Made by a program: the position numbers and the translations under genes. Positions 17,425 to 27,484 of a DNA stretch of 64,000 nucleotides are shown one piece after another (position 1 is the stretch's first letter; each line of letters starts with the position of its first letter). The notes below the pieces were generated by a model. It saw nothing but the letters and a program-made list of their open reading frames with translations. It had not been told where the DNA came from and made no database searches. Origin of the DNA: Haliea sp. (GTDB lineage Bacteria > Pseudomonadota > Gammaproteobacteria > Pseudomonadales > Halieaceae); the NCBI GenBank assembly GCA_002692965.1, contig NZNC01000011.1, positions 39,330 through 103,329 of the forward strand, read 5' to 3'.

Positions 17425-20322
17425 ATGAGCCGCCCCACCCTGCAGGACCTGGAGCATTCCCAGGCGTTCATCCAGCGCCACATCGGCCCCACCCCCGAGC
17501 AGCAACTCGAGATGGCTCGCCAGCTGGGCTATTCCAACGTGGAGGCGCTGATTGACGCCGCGGTACCCGCGGCCATCCGTCGCCGCTCACCCATGGCTCT
17601 GGACGCTCCGCGCAACGAAGAGGACGCCCTGGCCCGGCTGCGGAAGATGGCCGACAAGAACCGGATTCTCAGGTCCTTCATCGGTGCGGGCTATCACGAC
17701 ACCCGTATGCCCGCCGTCATCCAGCGCAACGTCCTGGAAAACCCCGGCTGGTATACCGCCTACACGCCCTACCAGCCGGAGATATCCCAGGGGCGCCTGG
17801 AAGCCCTGCTGACCTACCAGCAGATGATCATGGACCTCACCGGCATGGACCTCGCCAACGCCTCCATGCTCGACGAGGGCACCGCCGCGGCCGAAGCCAT
17901 GACCCTGTTGCAGCGGGTCAACAAGAAGTCCCGCAGCAATGTCTTACTGGTGGCGGACGACTGCCACCCGCAGACCATCGCCGTGGTCAGGACCCGCGCC
18001 GAGGCCCTGGACATCGAGGTGGTGACCGGCCCCGCGGAGGACCTGCCCGGCTCGCGTGATGCCTTTGGCATGCTGCTGCAATACCCGGGAACCACGGGGG
18101 AAGTTCGCGACCTGACACCCCTGGTGGAGCGTGCCCATGACGCCAATACCCTGGTCGCCGTGGCAGCGGACATCCTCTCGCTGCTGGTGCTGCAGTCACC
18201 CGGTGCCCAGGGCGCCGACGTGGTGGTCGGCAGCAGCCAGCGCTTTGGCATTCCCATGGGCTTCGGCGGCCCCCACGCCGCCTTCTTCGCCACCCGGGAC
18301 GCCTACAAGCGTTCGACCCCCGGTCGCCTGATCGGCGTGTCGATCGACCGCCATGGCGACCAGGCCCTGCGCATGGCCATGCAGACCCGCGAGCAGCACA
18401 TCCGCCGGGAGAAGGCGACCAGCAACATCTGTACAGCCCAGGCCCTGCTGTCGATCCTCTCGGCCTTTTATGCCATGTACCACGGCCCCGGCGGCCTGCG
18501 GCGGATCGCCGAGCGGGTGCACCGCCTCACCGGCCTGCTGGCCCGCGGCTTGCGCGATGCAGGCTTCAGCCCCGAGAACCAACACTTTTTCGATACGCTG
18601 ACCCTGCAGGCGGGTGCGCAGCGCGACGAAATCCTGGCCCGCGCCGTGGACCTGGGCATGAACCTGCGCCCCCTGGGTGCAGACCGGCTGGGTATTGCGC
18701 TGGACGAGACTACCACCCCCGAGGATGTCGACCGGATTTTGCAGGCGGTCACGGGCACGGTGCCCGCGCAGGCAAGCCGTGAGCGCGACGCCGAGGCCAT
18801 CGACGGCATCCCCGAGGCCCTGGCGCGCCCGGTGGACTACCTGCAGCACCCGCTGTTCCAGGACTATCACGCGGAAACCGAGATGTTGCGCTACCTGCGC
18901 CGCCTGGAGGACCGTGACATCGCCCTCAACCGCGCGATGATTCCCCTCGGAAGCTGCACCATGAAGCTCAACGCCACCGCGGAAATGCTGCCGATTACCT
19001 GGCCGGCCTTCGCCGCCCTGCACCCTTTTGCCCCGGCAGACCAGACCGAGGGCTACCGGGAGATGCTCGCCGAACTGGAAATCATGCTGAAGGAGTGCAC
19101 CGGCTACGACGCCATCTCCCTGCAGCCCAACGCCGGATCCCAGGGGGAGTACGCCGGGTTGCTTGCGATCCGCCGCTATCACGAGAGCCGCGGCGATACC
19201 CAGCGCGACGTCTGTCTGATCCCCGCCTCTGCCCACGGTACCAACCCGGCCAGTGCCGCCCTCGCGGGCATGCGCGTGGTGATTGTCGAGTGTGACAGCC
19301 AGGGCAACATCGACCTGGTGGATCTGCGGGCGAAAGCCGAACAGCACGCGGCCAGCCTCGCGGCCATCATGATCACCTACCCCTCGACCCACGGCGTCTT
19401 TGAGGAGAGTGTGATCGAGGTCTGCGAGGTCGTCCACCAGCACGGCGGCCAGGTCTACGTCGACGGCGCCAACCTCAACGCCCTGGTAGGTTTGGCCGCG
19501 CCGGGCAAGTTCGGTGCCGATGTCTCCCACCTCAACCTGCACAAGACCTTCTGTATCCCCCACGGCGGCGGCGGCCCCGGCATGGGCCCGATTGGCGTCG
19601 GCGCGCACCTGGCGCCCTTCCTGCCCAGCCACCCGGTGGTGCCCCTCCCCGGCCTGCCGGAGAGCAACGACGTGGTTTCGGCGGCCCCCTGGGGCAGTGC
19701 CTCGATCCTGCCCATCTCCTGGATGTATATCGCCATGATGGGCGCCGAAGGCCTGACCCGGGCCACCCAGGTGGCCATTCTCAGCGCCAACTACATCGCC
19801 CACCGCCTGCGCGACCACTACCCGGTGCTTTACACCGGGCACGACGGCACGGTGGCCCACGAGTGCATCCTGGATATCCGCCCGCTCAAGGAGGCCAGCG
19901 GCATCAGCGAGGAGGACATTGCCAAGCGCCTGATGGACTTCGGCTTCCACGCCCCCACCATGTCCTTCCCGGTCGCCGGCACCCTGATGGTCGAGCCGAC
20001 CGAGTCCGAGTCTCTGGCGGAACTGGACCGTTTCTGTGAAGCCATGATCAGCATCCGCGAGGAGATCCGGGCAGTGCAGGAGGGACGCCTGGATGCCCAG
20101 GACAACCCGCTGCGCAACGCTCCGCACACCCAGCTGGAGGTGACCGCCGATCACTGGTCGCACAGCTACAGCCGGGAACAGGCAGCCTTCCCGGTGGCAT
20201 CCCTGAGACGCAACAAGTACTGGCCGCCCGTCGGTCGCGTCGACAACGTCTATGGCGATCGCAACCTGGTCTGCTCCTGCCCCTCGATCGATGCCTGGCG
20301 GGAAGTCGGCGCCGACAGCTGA
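17425..20322 (+). CDS. gcvP: Glycine dehydrogenase (decarboxylating), glycine-cleavage P protein, 965 aa
   Basis: This is the internal ATG of the 1408-aa ORF 16096..20322. The start [22 protein letters not shown] is a typical GcvP N-terminus. The upstream part of that ORF is antisense to the lipoprotein gene. Confidence 0.95.
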   Translation: MSRPTLQDLEHSQAFIQRHIGPTPEQQLEMARQLGYSNVEALIDAAVPAAIRRRSPMALDAPRNEEDALARLRKMADKNRILRSFIGAGYHDTRMPAVIQRNVLENPGWYTAYTPYQPEISQGRLEALLTYQQMIMDLTGMDLANASMLDEGTAAAEAMTLLQRVNKKSRSNVLLVADDCHPQTIAVVRTRAEALDIEVVTGPAEDLPGSRDAFGMLLQYPGTTGEVRDLTPLVERAHDANTLVAVAADILSLLVLQSPGAQGADVVVGSSQRFGIPMGFGGPHAAFFATRDAYKRSTPGRLIGVSIDRHGDQALRMAMQTREQHIRREKATSNICTAQALLSILSAFYAMYHGPGGLRRIAERVHRLTGLLARGLRDAGFSPENQHFFDTLTLQAGAQRDEILARAVDLGMNLRPLGADRLGIALDETTTPEDVDRILQAVTGTVPAQASRERDAEAIDGIPEALARPVDYLQHPLFQDYHAETEMLRYLRRLEDRDIALNRAMIPLGSCTMKLNATAEMLPITWPAFAALHPFAPADQTEGYREMLAELEIMLKECTGYDAISLQPNAGSQGEYAGLLAIRRYHESRGDTQRDVCLIPASAHGTNPASAALAGMRVVIVECDSQGNIDLVDLRAKAEQHAASLAAIMITYPSTHGVFEESVIEVCEVVHQHGGQVYVDGANLNALVGLAAPGKFGADVSHLNLHKTFCIPHGGGGPGMGPIGVGAHLAPFLPSHPVVPLPGLPESNDVVSAAPWGSASILPISWMYIAMMGAEGLTRATQVAILSANYIAHRLRDHYPVLYTGHDGTVAHECILDIRPLKEASGISEEDIAKRLMDFGFHAPTMSFPVAGTLMVEPTESESLAELDRFCEAMISIREEIRAVQEGRLDAQDNPLRNAPHTQLEVTADHWSHSYSREQAAFPVASLRRNKYWPPVGRVDNVYGDRNLVCSCPSIDAWREVGADS

Positions 20323-20335
20323 AACAGATCGGCAC

Positions 20336-20373
20336 AAAAAACCCGCGCTTGCCAACGGCGGCAAACGCGGGTT
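20336..20373. terminator. Bidirectional rho-independent terminator between convergent gcvP and the TonB-dependent receptor
   Basis: The sequence is AAAAAA-CCCGCGCTTGCC-aacggc-GGCAAACGCGGG-TT, a 12-bp stem with one mismatch. The flanking A-run gives a T6 tract on the minus strand. Confidence 0.7.
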
Positions 20374-20396
20374 CGTGGTCTCGCCCGGCGCGGCTC

Positions 20397-22748
20397 TTAA
20401 AAGAACTTGCGCACGGTCACACCGAAGGTGCGCGGCTGGATCACCCGGTAGGCGAGGCGCGCCCGGCCACCGCGCTCGCGGTCAAAGGACAGCAGCGCAT
20501 TCTCGTCGGTCAGGTTGTCGACATAGGCGACCGCCTCCCAGCTCTCCCAGTTCAGGCCCGCGCTCAGGCGCACCTGCTCGTAGGAAGGCAGTTTCAGATC
20601 GACGGATGTCACTTCGTTGCCAGTGGCGCCCCCGAAGGGCAGGCCGGAGACGAAATTACCGGCGCCAGGCACTTGGTCGCTGGGCTGGGTGTAGCGGTCG
20701 CCGACATGCTGCGCCAGCAGCGAGAAGACCATCTCCTGGGCGCCGAACAGCTCGGTAGGCACGGTCCAGGTTGCCGAGGCGGACACCTGGAACTCCGGCA
20801 CTGAAGGCAGGCGATTGCCATCGGCGACACCACCGAGCACGTTGCCCTCGCTATCCGTCACCGTGGAGTCGAATTCCGCCTCCAGGTAGCTGCCCGCCAG
20901 GGTCAGCATCAGGCTGTCCACCGGATAGGCGCTGAGTTCCCACTCCAGGCCCAGGGTGTGAGCCTCGGGCACGTTGAAGCTGATGCGCGAGGAACAGGAA
21001 CCGGCATCCAGCGTGACCTGCAGGTCCTCGATATCGGTATAGAACACGGCGGCATTGAAGCGGAGCCAGTCGTTCTGGGCCTTGAAGCCCAACTCGTAGT
21101 TCCACAGGGTTTCGTCGTCGTAGGCCTGGAAGCCACCGAAAACCTGCAGGTCGCCTTCATTGCACAGCGGGCGGTTCAGGGGATCGTTGACACCCCCCAG
21201 CCGGAAACCCTGGGAAGCCTGGGCGTTGACCGTGACGGTATCGCTGACATCGTAACTGGCCATCAGGCGCGGGTTGAAGCCGTCGGACTCGGTGGCGTCC
21301 GTCTGGCTGTCACCGCTGGCGAACAGGCCACCTGACGTGAAGGTCCGCTCCTCCTCGAAGTCGTAGAAACGACCGCCGAAGGTAATCGTCAGCCGCTCGG
21401 TCAGATCGTAGCTGGCCTCGCCAAACAAGGCCATCTGCTCGATGTCGTAGGGCAGGTCGGAGTTGTAGGGCGAGTCCGCGCCGTAGCCATTGGCCACCGC
21501 AGCCGCAGTCCCCGCGCCAAGGACAAAATCGGTCCAGGCGTCGTAGCCCGGGGTGGGCAGGCGCTGCTCGTACTTGCGCTTGACGTCGGAATAGAACACG
21601 CCGGTGACCCACTGCAGCGGGCCCTCCCCCGCCGAGGCCAGGCGAATCTCGTGGGTGACCTGTTGCAGATCCGTACTGTCGCGCAGGTTGGAAGGCAGGC
21701 TCACGGCGATGTCGGGAAAGCCGAGATCCACCGATACCGAGCCGCTAAGGGCACTGGCATCGCGGCTGGCCAGGATATCGCGGTCGACATAGCTGCCGGC
21801 GTAGGTCACGTCCACAGTGTCCCCGGCCCACTGCACCAGCAGGTCGCTGATGATGGTGCGGTCCTCGAAGCCTTCATCCAGTAGCAGGTACTGCTCATTC
21901 TCACCCAACTGGATCGGCGGACGGGTCGTGGTGTAGGGATTGGCAAACAGGTTGTAGACCTCCTGGCGGTTGTAGCCGTCGGTCTCGATCTCCTGGAACA
22001 CCACCCGCGGTGTGATGGTCAGGCGGTCGCTGGGGCGCAGGGCGAGAGCAACGCGGCCCCCGCGGCGGCTGCCGCTGTTGACGTCCTCCCGCGTGCTGCC
22101 ATATTCGCGCAGGGCATCCACCCAGCCGGGATACTCGGTATCGTAGGCGACCACCCGCAGGGCGGCGTTATCCCCCATTGGCAGGTTCACCGCGCCCTTG
22201 AGATGTCCGCGGGTTTCCCCGTCCTTCACGGTATTCAGGTTGCCCTCCACCGAACCTTCGAAGACACCGAATTCCGGCTGATTGGTGATGAAGCGGACGG
22301 TACCGCCGACCGAACCGGAACCGAACAGCGTGCCCTGGGGACCGCGCAGGGTTTCCACCCGGTTCAGATCGTAGAGGTCAAGGTCAGGCGTAAACAGCGA
22401 CAGTGAGATCACCGTCTCGTCCAGGTAGACACCCACCTGCTCCTTGACCCCTGGCTGGTCGCGCACGATCTGCCCCGCGGAAACACCGCGGATGGCGACC
22501 TGGCTCTGGCCGGGACCGAGGTTCTGGATGGCCAGGCCGGCGACATTGCGCGACAGGTCTTCCAGGGTGGTGGCGCCGGTGCGACGGATATCGGCGGCAG
22601 ACTGGGCATTGATGGAAAAAGGCAGGTCTTGCACCGAGGCTTCGCGCTTGGTCGCGGTGACCACGACCTCTTCGAGCATCTGGGACTGGGCAAGGGGCGA
22701 AAGAGCAATCACGGCGGTGGCGAGCACCGACTTGCGGAACGCTGACAT
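20397..22748 (-). CDS. TonB-dependent outer-membrane receptor
   Basis: ORF track 20397..22784. I prefer ATG 22748 (MSAFRKSVLATAVIAL), which has an AAGGAAG RBS. The plug motif reads EEVVVTATKRE and the C-terminus is VTVRKFF. Confidence 0.9.
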   Translation of the reverse strand: MSAFRKSVLATAVIALSPLAQSQMLEEVVVTATKREASVQDLPFSINAQSAADIRRTGATTLEDLSRNVAGLAIQNLGPGQSQVAIRGVSAGQIVRDQPGVKEQVGVYLDETVISLSLFTPDLDLYDLNRVETLRGPQGTLFGSGSVGGTVRFITNQPEFGVFEGSVEGNLNTVKDGETRGHLKGAVNLPMGDNAALRVVAYDTEYPGWVDALREYGSTREDVNSGSRRGGRVALALRPSDRLTITPRVVFQEIETDGYNRQEVYNLFANPYTTTRPPIQLGENEQYLLLDEGFEDRTIISDLLVQWAGDTVDVTYAGSYVDRDILASRDASALSGSVSVDLGFPDIAVSLPSNLRDSTDLQQVTHEIRLASAGEGPLQWVTGVFYSDVKRKYEQRLPTPGYDAWTDFVLGAGTAAAVANGYGADSPYNSDLPYDIEQMALFGEASYDLTERLTITFGGRFYDFEEERTFTSGGLFASGDSQTDATESDGFNPRLMASYDVSDTVTVNAQASQGFRLGGVNDPLNRPLCNEGDLQVFGGFQAYDDETLWNYELGFKAQNDWLRFNAAVFYTDIEDLQVTLDAGSCSSRISFNVPEAHTLGLEWELSAYPVDSLMLTLAGSYLEAEFDSTVTDSEGNVLGGVADGNRLPSVPEFQVSASATWTVPTELFGAQEMVFSLLAQHVGDRYTQPSDQVPGAGNFVSGLPFGGATGNEVTSVDLKLPSYEQVRLSAGLNWESWEAVAYVDNLTDENALLSFDRERGGRARLAYRVIQPRTFGVTVRKFF

Positions 22749-22830
22749 GGCGACTTCCTTTTTGCTTGTTGGTATGGGAATCACCTTCCGAGTCTAGCGC
22801 CTGGCTAGCGAAGTAAAAGTTCCCGCACTG

Positions 22831-23376
22831 TTATTTTTTCATAGTATTCGACTCGCGGGAGCGGGCGATCACCGCGGGCAGGCTGAGGTCGGTCTCGCCA
22901 TCCAGGGCCAGTTCATCGGCCAGGATCTGCAGGGCGTGACCCAGTCGTGGCTGCACATGTTCCGGGCGCAGGGTTTCCCCGCACTCGGAGCAGGACAGCT
23001 GGGGGTGGGTGCGCTTGCCACAGCGGCGGTGCACATACTCCAGCGGCGCTCCGCGCTCGTCGGCCATCCACTCGTCACCCCAGCGCGACAGGCTCATCAG
23101 CACCGGGTAGAGGGCCAGCCCCTTGCGGGTGAGCCGGTACTCGTGACGCAGGGGGCGCTCGCTGTAGGGCACACGCACCAGCACACCCTGCTCCACCAGC
23201 TTGCCCAGGCGCTCGGAAAGCCGGTGCCGAGTGATCCCCAGGTTGTGCTGGAACTGCTCGAAACGGCGCGTGCCCAGGAAGGCGTCCCGCAGTATCAGCA
23301 GGGTCCAGCGCTCGCCGACCACTGACAGAGCCCGGGCCACCGAGCAGAATTGCTTGTCTATGTCTGACCAGCGCAT
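22831..23376 (-). CDS. HxlR-family winged-helix regulator with a roughly 75-aa Cys/His-containing C-terminal extension
   Basis: This is the internal ATG (MRWSDIDKQFCSVARALSVVGERWTLLILRD) of ORF 22831..23478. The extension contains HRRCGKRTHPQLSCSEC. Confidence 0.8.
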   Translation of the reverse strand: MRWSDIDKQFCSVARALSVVGERWTLLILRDAFLGTRRFEQFQHNLGITRHRLSERLGKLVEQGVLVRVPYSERPLRHEYRLTRKGLALYPVLMSLSRWGDEWMADERGAPLEYVHRRCGKRTHPQLSCSECGETLRPEHVQPRLGHALQILADELALDGETDLSLPAVIARSRESNTMKK

Positions 23377-23443
23377 GCGCCCCTTCCTGCACCATTCCCG
23401 GCGAACAGTATCGCCGAGAATGGTCGCACCGCCAAACCGGCCC

Positions 23444-25042
23444 TCAACCGAACTGGTGCATGGTGTTGGCCCCGCCACCGGCCTTGAGCGCGCCCTCGCC
23501 GGAGAAGTACTCCTTGTGGTCGTCGCCCAAGTTGGAGCCGGCCATGTCCTGGTGCTTCACGCAGGCAATGCCCTGGCGAATCTCCTCCCGCTGAACACCG
23601 CGAACGTAGGCCAGCATGCCCTCCTCGCCGAAGTAGCCCCGCGCCAGGTTGTCGGTCGACAGCGCAGCCGTGTGATAGGTCGGCAGGGTAATCAGGTGAT
23701 GGAAGATCCCCGCCTCCCGGGAAGCATCCGCCTGGAAGGACTGGATACGGCGGTCAGCCTCTGTTGCCAGTTCAGTACTGTCGTAGTCGACGCTCATCAG
23801 GCGGTCGCGGTCATAGGCAGCCAGATCGCGACCCTCCGCCTGCCAGGCATCGAAAACCTGCTGACGGAAGTTGAGGGTCCAGTTGAAGGACGGCGAATTG
23901 TTGTAGACCAGCTTGGCGTTGGGAACCACCTTGCGGATCTCACGCACCATGTCACCGATCTGGCCCACGTGGGGCTTCTCGGTCTCGATCCACAACAGAT
24001 CGGCCCCGTGCTGCAGGCTGGTGATGCAATCGAGGATGACCCGGGCTTCACCGGTGCCGTCCTTGAAACGGTAGAGCCCGTTGGGCAGACGCACCGGTCG
24101 AACCAGCCCGCCATCCTGCTTGATCACCACATCGCCTTCGCGGACATCCTCGGCGCGGGCAACGGCTTCGGTCTGCAGGAAGGCGTTGTACTTGTGGGCC
24201 AGGTCACCGGGGTCCCGGGAGACCGGGATCTTCTGGGTCAGACCGGCACCCAGGGAGTCGGTGCGCGCGACGATGATGCCGTCGTCGACCCCCAGCTCCA
24301 GGAAGGCGTAACGCACGGCGTTGATCTTGGCCAGGAAATCCTCATGGGGCACGGTGACCTTGCCGTCCTGGTGGCCGCACTGCTTGGCATCGGAAACCTG
24401 GTTCTCGATCTGGATGGCGCAGGCGCCGGCCTCGATCATGCGCCGCGCCAGCAAATAGGTGGCTTCCTCGTTGCCGAAGCCGGCGTCGATATCGGCAATG
24501 ATCGGCACCACGTGGGTCTCGTAATTGTCGATGGCCTGGAGCGTGGCCTGCTCGCGGACCTGGTCGCCGGCAGCGCGGGCGGCATCCAGCTCCCGGAACA
24601 GGTGGCCCAGCTCGCGCGCATCCGCCTGCCGCAGGAAGGTATAGATCTCCTCGATCAGGTCCGGCACCGCGGTCTTCTCGTGCATCGACTGATCCGGCAG
24701 CGGGCCGAACTGGCTGCGCAGGGCCGCAATCATCCAGCCCGAGAGGTAGAGATAGCGCTTGCGGGTGCTGCCGTGGTGCTTCTTGATCGCCAGCATTTTC
24801 TGCTGGGCGATAAAGCCGTGCCAGCAGCCGAGCGACTGGGTGTATTGCGCCGGGTCGGCGTCGTACTCCGCCATGTCGCGGCGCATGATACCGGCGGTGT
24901 AACGGGCAATTTCCAGCCCCGTGCGAAAGCGGTTCTGGTGCGCCATGCGCGCGGCGTACTCGGCGTTTACGGTATCCCACTGCCCGCCCTGGGCGGCGCG
25001 CAGTTCAGTAAAACGGGCAACATCCTGAAGATAAGTAGACAT
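23444..25042 (-). CDS. aceA: Isocitrate lyase (long, about 530-aa form)
   Basis: ORF track 23444..25057. I prefer ATG 25042 (MSTYLQDVARF). The catalytic loop reads SDAKQCGHQDGKV. Confidence 0.9.
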   Translation of the reverse strand: MSTYLQDVARFTELRAAQGGQWDTVNAEYAARMAHQNRFRTGLEIARYTAGIMRRDMAEYDADPAQYTQSLGCWHGFIAQQKMLAIKKHHGSTRKRYLYLSGWMIAALRSQFGPLPDQSMHEKTAVPDLIEEIYTFLRQADARELGHLFRELDAARAAGDQVREQATLQAIDNYETHVVPIIADIDAGFGNEEATYLLARRMIEAGACAIQIENQVSDAKQCGHQDGKVTVPHEDFLAKINAVRYAFLELGVDDGIIVARTDSLGAGLTQKIPVSRDPGDLAHKYNAFLQTEAVARAEDVREGDVVIKQDGGLVRPVRLPNGLYRFKDGTGEARVILDCITSLQHGADLLWIETEKPHVGQIGDMVREIRKVVPNAKLVYNNSPSFNWTLNFRQQVFDAWQAEGRDLAAYDRDRLMSVDYDSTELATEADRRIQSFQADASREAGIFHHLITLPTYHTAALSTDNLARGYFGEEGMLAYVRGVQREEIRQGIACVKHQDMAGSNLGDDHKEYFSGEGALKAGGGANTMHQFG

Positions 25043-25096
25043 GGCGGGCCTCTGCATTGGCGTTGTTTTCAGTGAGAGCCATGCTAGTCGCCCCAG

Positions 25097-25110
25097 TTAC
25101 ATATTTGTAA
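25097..25110. promoter_or_regulatory. Palindrome TTACAtattTGTAA in the AT-rich aceA upstream region
   Basis: Read directly. A related GTTTACAT copy lies nearby at 25118-25125. The binding protein is unknown. Confidence 0.25.
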
Positions 25111-25145
25111 TTTATAGTTTACATTTCAGCCATTCACCAAATGAA

Positions 25146-26246
25146 TTATATCTCCCAGCGGTGGCGGCGCAGCCAGATCGCTGCCCAGAGCATCAGGCCC
25201 GCGGCCAGCAGGCCCAGCAACATGCTCCAGAGATCCAGGGTCCCCCAGTCCGGCCCGAACAGGTAAAAACCCACCGCATTGCGCGCGCCGGCGTAATGCG
25301 GCACATGGTTCTGCACGGCAGAGGCCAGGTAGCTGCTGCCGAACAGCAGGCTTTCCAGCAACATGGCGACCAGCACCGGCGCAATCGCCAGCAGGAAAGG
25401 CGAGCGCCGTGCCGCGGCCGATGCCAACAGACACCAGGCATACATCGGTGCCACCCACAAGGCCGTTACCAGCCAACCGCCGACCTGGTCCAGCAGCAGG
25501 CGGGCAAATTCAAGATTGCCTAGTACGTGCTCAAGCGGGTCGAGCCCCATGCGCCAGACCAGGGCCACGCTCAGCAACAGCATCGCCAGTTGCGCCAGCA
25601 GGGAGGCCGCCAGGAACATCAGCGGTGCAACCAGGAGACAGACCACGAGCTTGGCCAGCACCTCTTCCCGCGGCGCCACCGGCATCGACTTCCAGAACAG
25701 GATGCTGCGGTCCCGGCGGTCGTTGAACAGGCTGCCCAGGGCGTAGTGCACGCTGACCACCAGCAGGACCAGCAGCATGAGCATGTGCACCCCCTGCAGC
25801 AGCGGATTGAGGGTTTCCACCGGCGAATCCGATTCGCTACTCTCCGCTGTGCGGTCGCCGCGCCCCGGCGGACTGAAGCGCCACTCCCGGGAAAAATTCC
25901 AGGCCTCCTCCTCGGCCTCCGGCACCCGCTCGATCTGCAGGGCCGGATCACTGGCATCAGGTACCGCGGGCAAGCCGGACGTTGCGGGCGGTGAGGCCGA
26001 CTTGCCCTCGCTGTCGATGATAATCACCCCGAGCTCGAGGCCTTCACCCTCACCCTCCGCCTGCAGAATCGCGGACAGAACCGCCTCGCCAAAGGTACTG
26101 ACCTGGTTGGCCACCACCACGCCCGCCAGCATGATCAGGGCCAGTGCTCCGGCCAGCACAAAGGGTGTCCACACCAGGGACAGGCGGTACTCCCGCAACT
26201 CCCGCTGTATCAGGCTGAACCAGCGCCGACTGTCATTGGACGACAT
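25146..26246 (-). CDS. ABC-2-type transporter permease with a large acidic extracytoplasmic loop
   Basis: This is the internal ATG (MSSNDSRRWFSLIQRELREY) of ORF 25146..26327. It has multiple hydrophobic segments. There is a 14-nt overlap with the upstream ATPase gene. Confidence 0.7.
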   Translation of the reverse strand: MSSNDSRRWFSLIQRELREYRLSLVWTPFVLAGALALIMLAGVVVANQVSTFGEAVLSAILQAEGEGEGLELGVIIIDSEGKSASPPATSGLPAVPDASDPALQIERVPEAEEEAWNFSREWRFSPPGRGDRTAESSESDSPVETLNPLLQGVHMLMLLVLLVVSVHYALGSLFNDRRDRSILFWKSMPVAPREEVLAKLVVCLLVAPLMFLAASLLAQLAMLLLSVALVWRMGLDPLEHVLGNLEFARLLLDQVGGWLVTALWVAPMYAWCLLASAAARRSPFLLAIAPVLVAMLLESLLFGSSYLASAVQNHVPHYAGARNAVGFYLFGPDWGTLDLWSMLLGLLAAGLMLWAAIWLRRHRWEI

Positions 26247-27105
26247 GCGACTGCCCTCCCGAGATTTTCGCGACAAACAGATCGGACAGCGTGGGCGTGC
26301 GCAGCTCGCCGAGTGGCGCCAGCGCATCCGGATCGATGTCCTCGTAAATCAGCGCCTTGCCGCCCAGCATCGTCCGCGCTCCCAGGTGTGGAATGGTCTC
26401 TGCGCGAGCCACATCGGGGCCCACCGCACGCAGCTCGACAAAGCGCTCCTCCAGTGCCGACATCGGCGAGAACAGCACCGACTTGCCTTTATGCATGAAC
26501 ATGACGTGGGTCAGGATGTGCTCCACCTCCTCCACCTGATGGGTGGAGATAATGATGCTGCGGCCGTCATCGAAGTAGTCGTTGAGCAATTGCTCGTAGA
26601 AGCGTTTGCGGAAGAGGATGTCGAGCCCCAGGGTCGGTTCGTCCAGCACCAGCAGCCGGGCGTCGATAGCCATGACCAGAGCCAGGTGCAGCTGGACCGT
26701 CATGCCCTTGGACAGCTCCCGCACGCAACGCTTGGGTGTAACCTCGGTACTGGCGAGAAAACTTTCTGCCCGGGCGCGATCAAAATGCGGATGCACGCCG
26801 GCAACGTAGTCCAGCAGCTGCGCCACGCTCATCCAGCGCGGCAGCACAGCGGTATCCGCGATAAAACACACCCGTTGCATCAGCGTCGTCTGCTGCATGC
26901 GGGGATCCAGCCCCAGAACGGACAACTCGCCTTCGCAGCGGGTGAGGCCCAGGAGGGCTCGCAACAGTGTGGTCTTGCCCGCGCCATTCGGGCCGATCAA
27001 GCCAAGCACACTGCCGGGCGGCAGGTCCAGATCGACAGCATCGACCGCCTGTGTCTCACCGAAGCGCCGGCTCAAACCGCGAGCGGCAATGATGGCATCA
27101 GTCAT
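26233..27105 (-). CDS. ABC transporter ATP-binding protein
   Basis: This is the internal ATG (MTDAIIAARGLSRRFG) of ORF 26233..27201. Walker A is GPNGAGKTT, the signature is LSKGMTVQL and Walker B is LLVLDEPT. Confidence 0.9.
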   Translation of the reverse strand: MTDAIIAARGLSRRFGETQAVDAVDLDLPPGSVLGLIGPNGAGKTTLLRALLGLTRCEGELSVLGLDPRMQQTTLMQRVCFIADTAVLPRWMSVAQLLDYVAGVHPHFDRARAESFLASTEVTPKRCVRELSKGMTVQLHLALVMAIDARLLVLDEPTLGLDILFRKRFYEQLLNDYFDDGRSIIISTHQVEEVEHILTHVMFMHKGKSVLFSPMSALEERFVELRAVGPDVARAETIPHLGARTMLGGKALIYEDIDPDALAPLGELRTPTLSDLFVAKISGGQSHVVQ

Positions 27106-27472
27106 TATCTCTCCCCCTGCCCTGCAATTCGTCCACCACCACCTGCATGTCCAGGCCCAGGTTTTGTACCCGTTCGGCAAAAGCCGGCAATTCCTCGGCA
27201 AAAAAACGCGCCTGCTCTTCCCGGGTCAGCGACTGCCGGGCGCCGTCGGTCACGAACATGCCCAGGCCTCGCCGCTTCTCCAGCAGCCCGGCGTCCACCA
27301 GCTCCTGGTAGGCCTTGCCCACCGTCAGATGGTTGATCTGATAGTCGGCCGCAACCTGGCGCACAGAGGGTACCGGCTGACCCTCTGCAAAGCTGCCATC
27401 CATGATGCGCTCCACCACCAGGTCCCGTAGCTGGCGGTAGATGGGCTGGCGGTCGTTCCACTCGATACTCAC
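27098..27472 (-). CDS. GntR-family (YtrA-like, short) transcriptional regulator
   Basis: 124-aa ORF with PIYRQLRDLVVERIMDGSFAEGQPVPSVRQVAADYQINHLTVGKAYQEL. There is an 8-nt overlap with the ATPase gene start. Confidence 0.85.
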   Translation of the reverse strand: MSIEWNDRQPIYRQLRDLVVERIMDGSFAEGQPVPSVRQVAADYQINHLTVGKAYQELVDAGLLEKRRGLGMFVTDGARQSLTREEQARFFAEELPAFAERVQNLGLDMQVVVDELQGRGRDND

Positions 27473-27484
27473 GTCCTACCCCGT

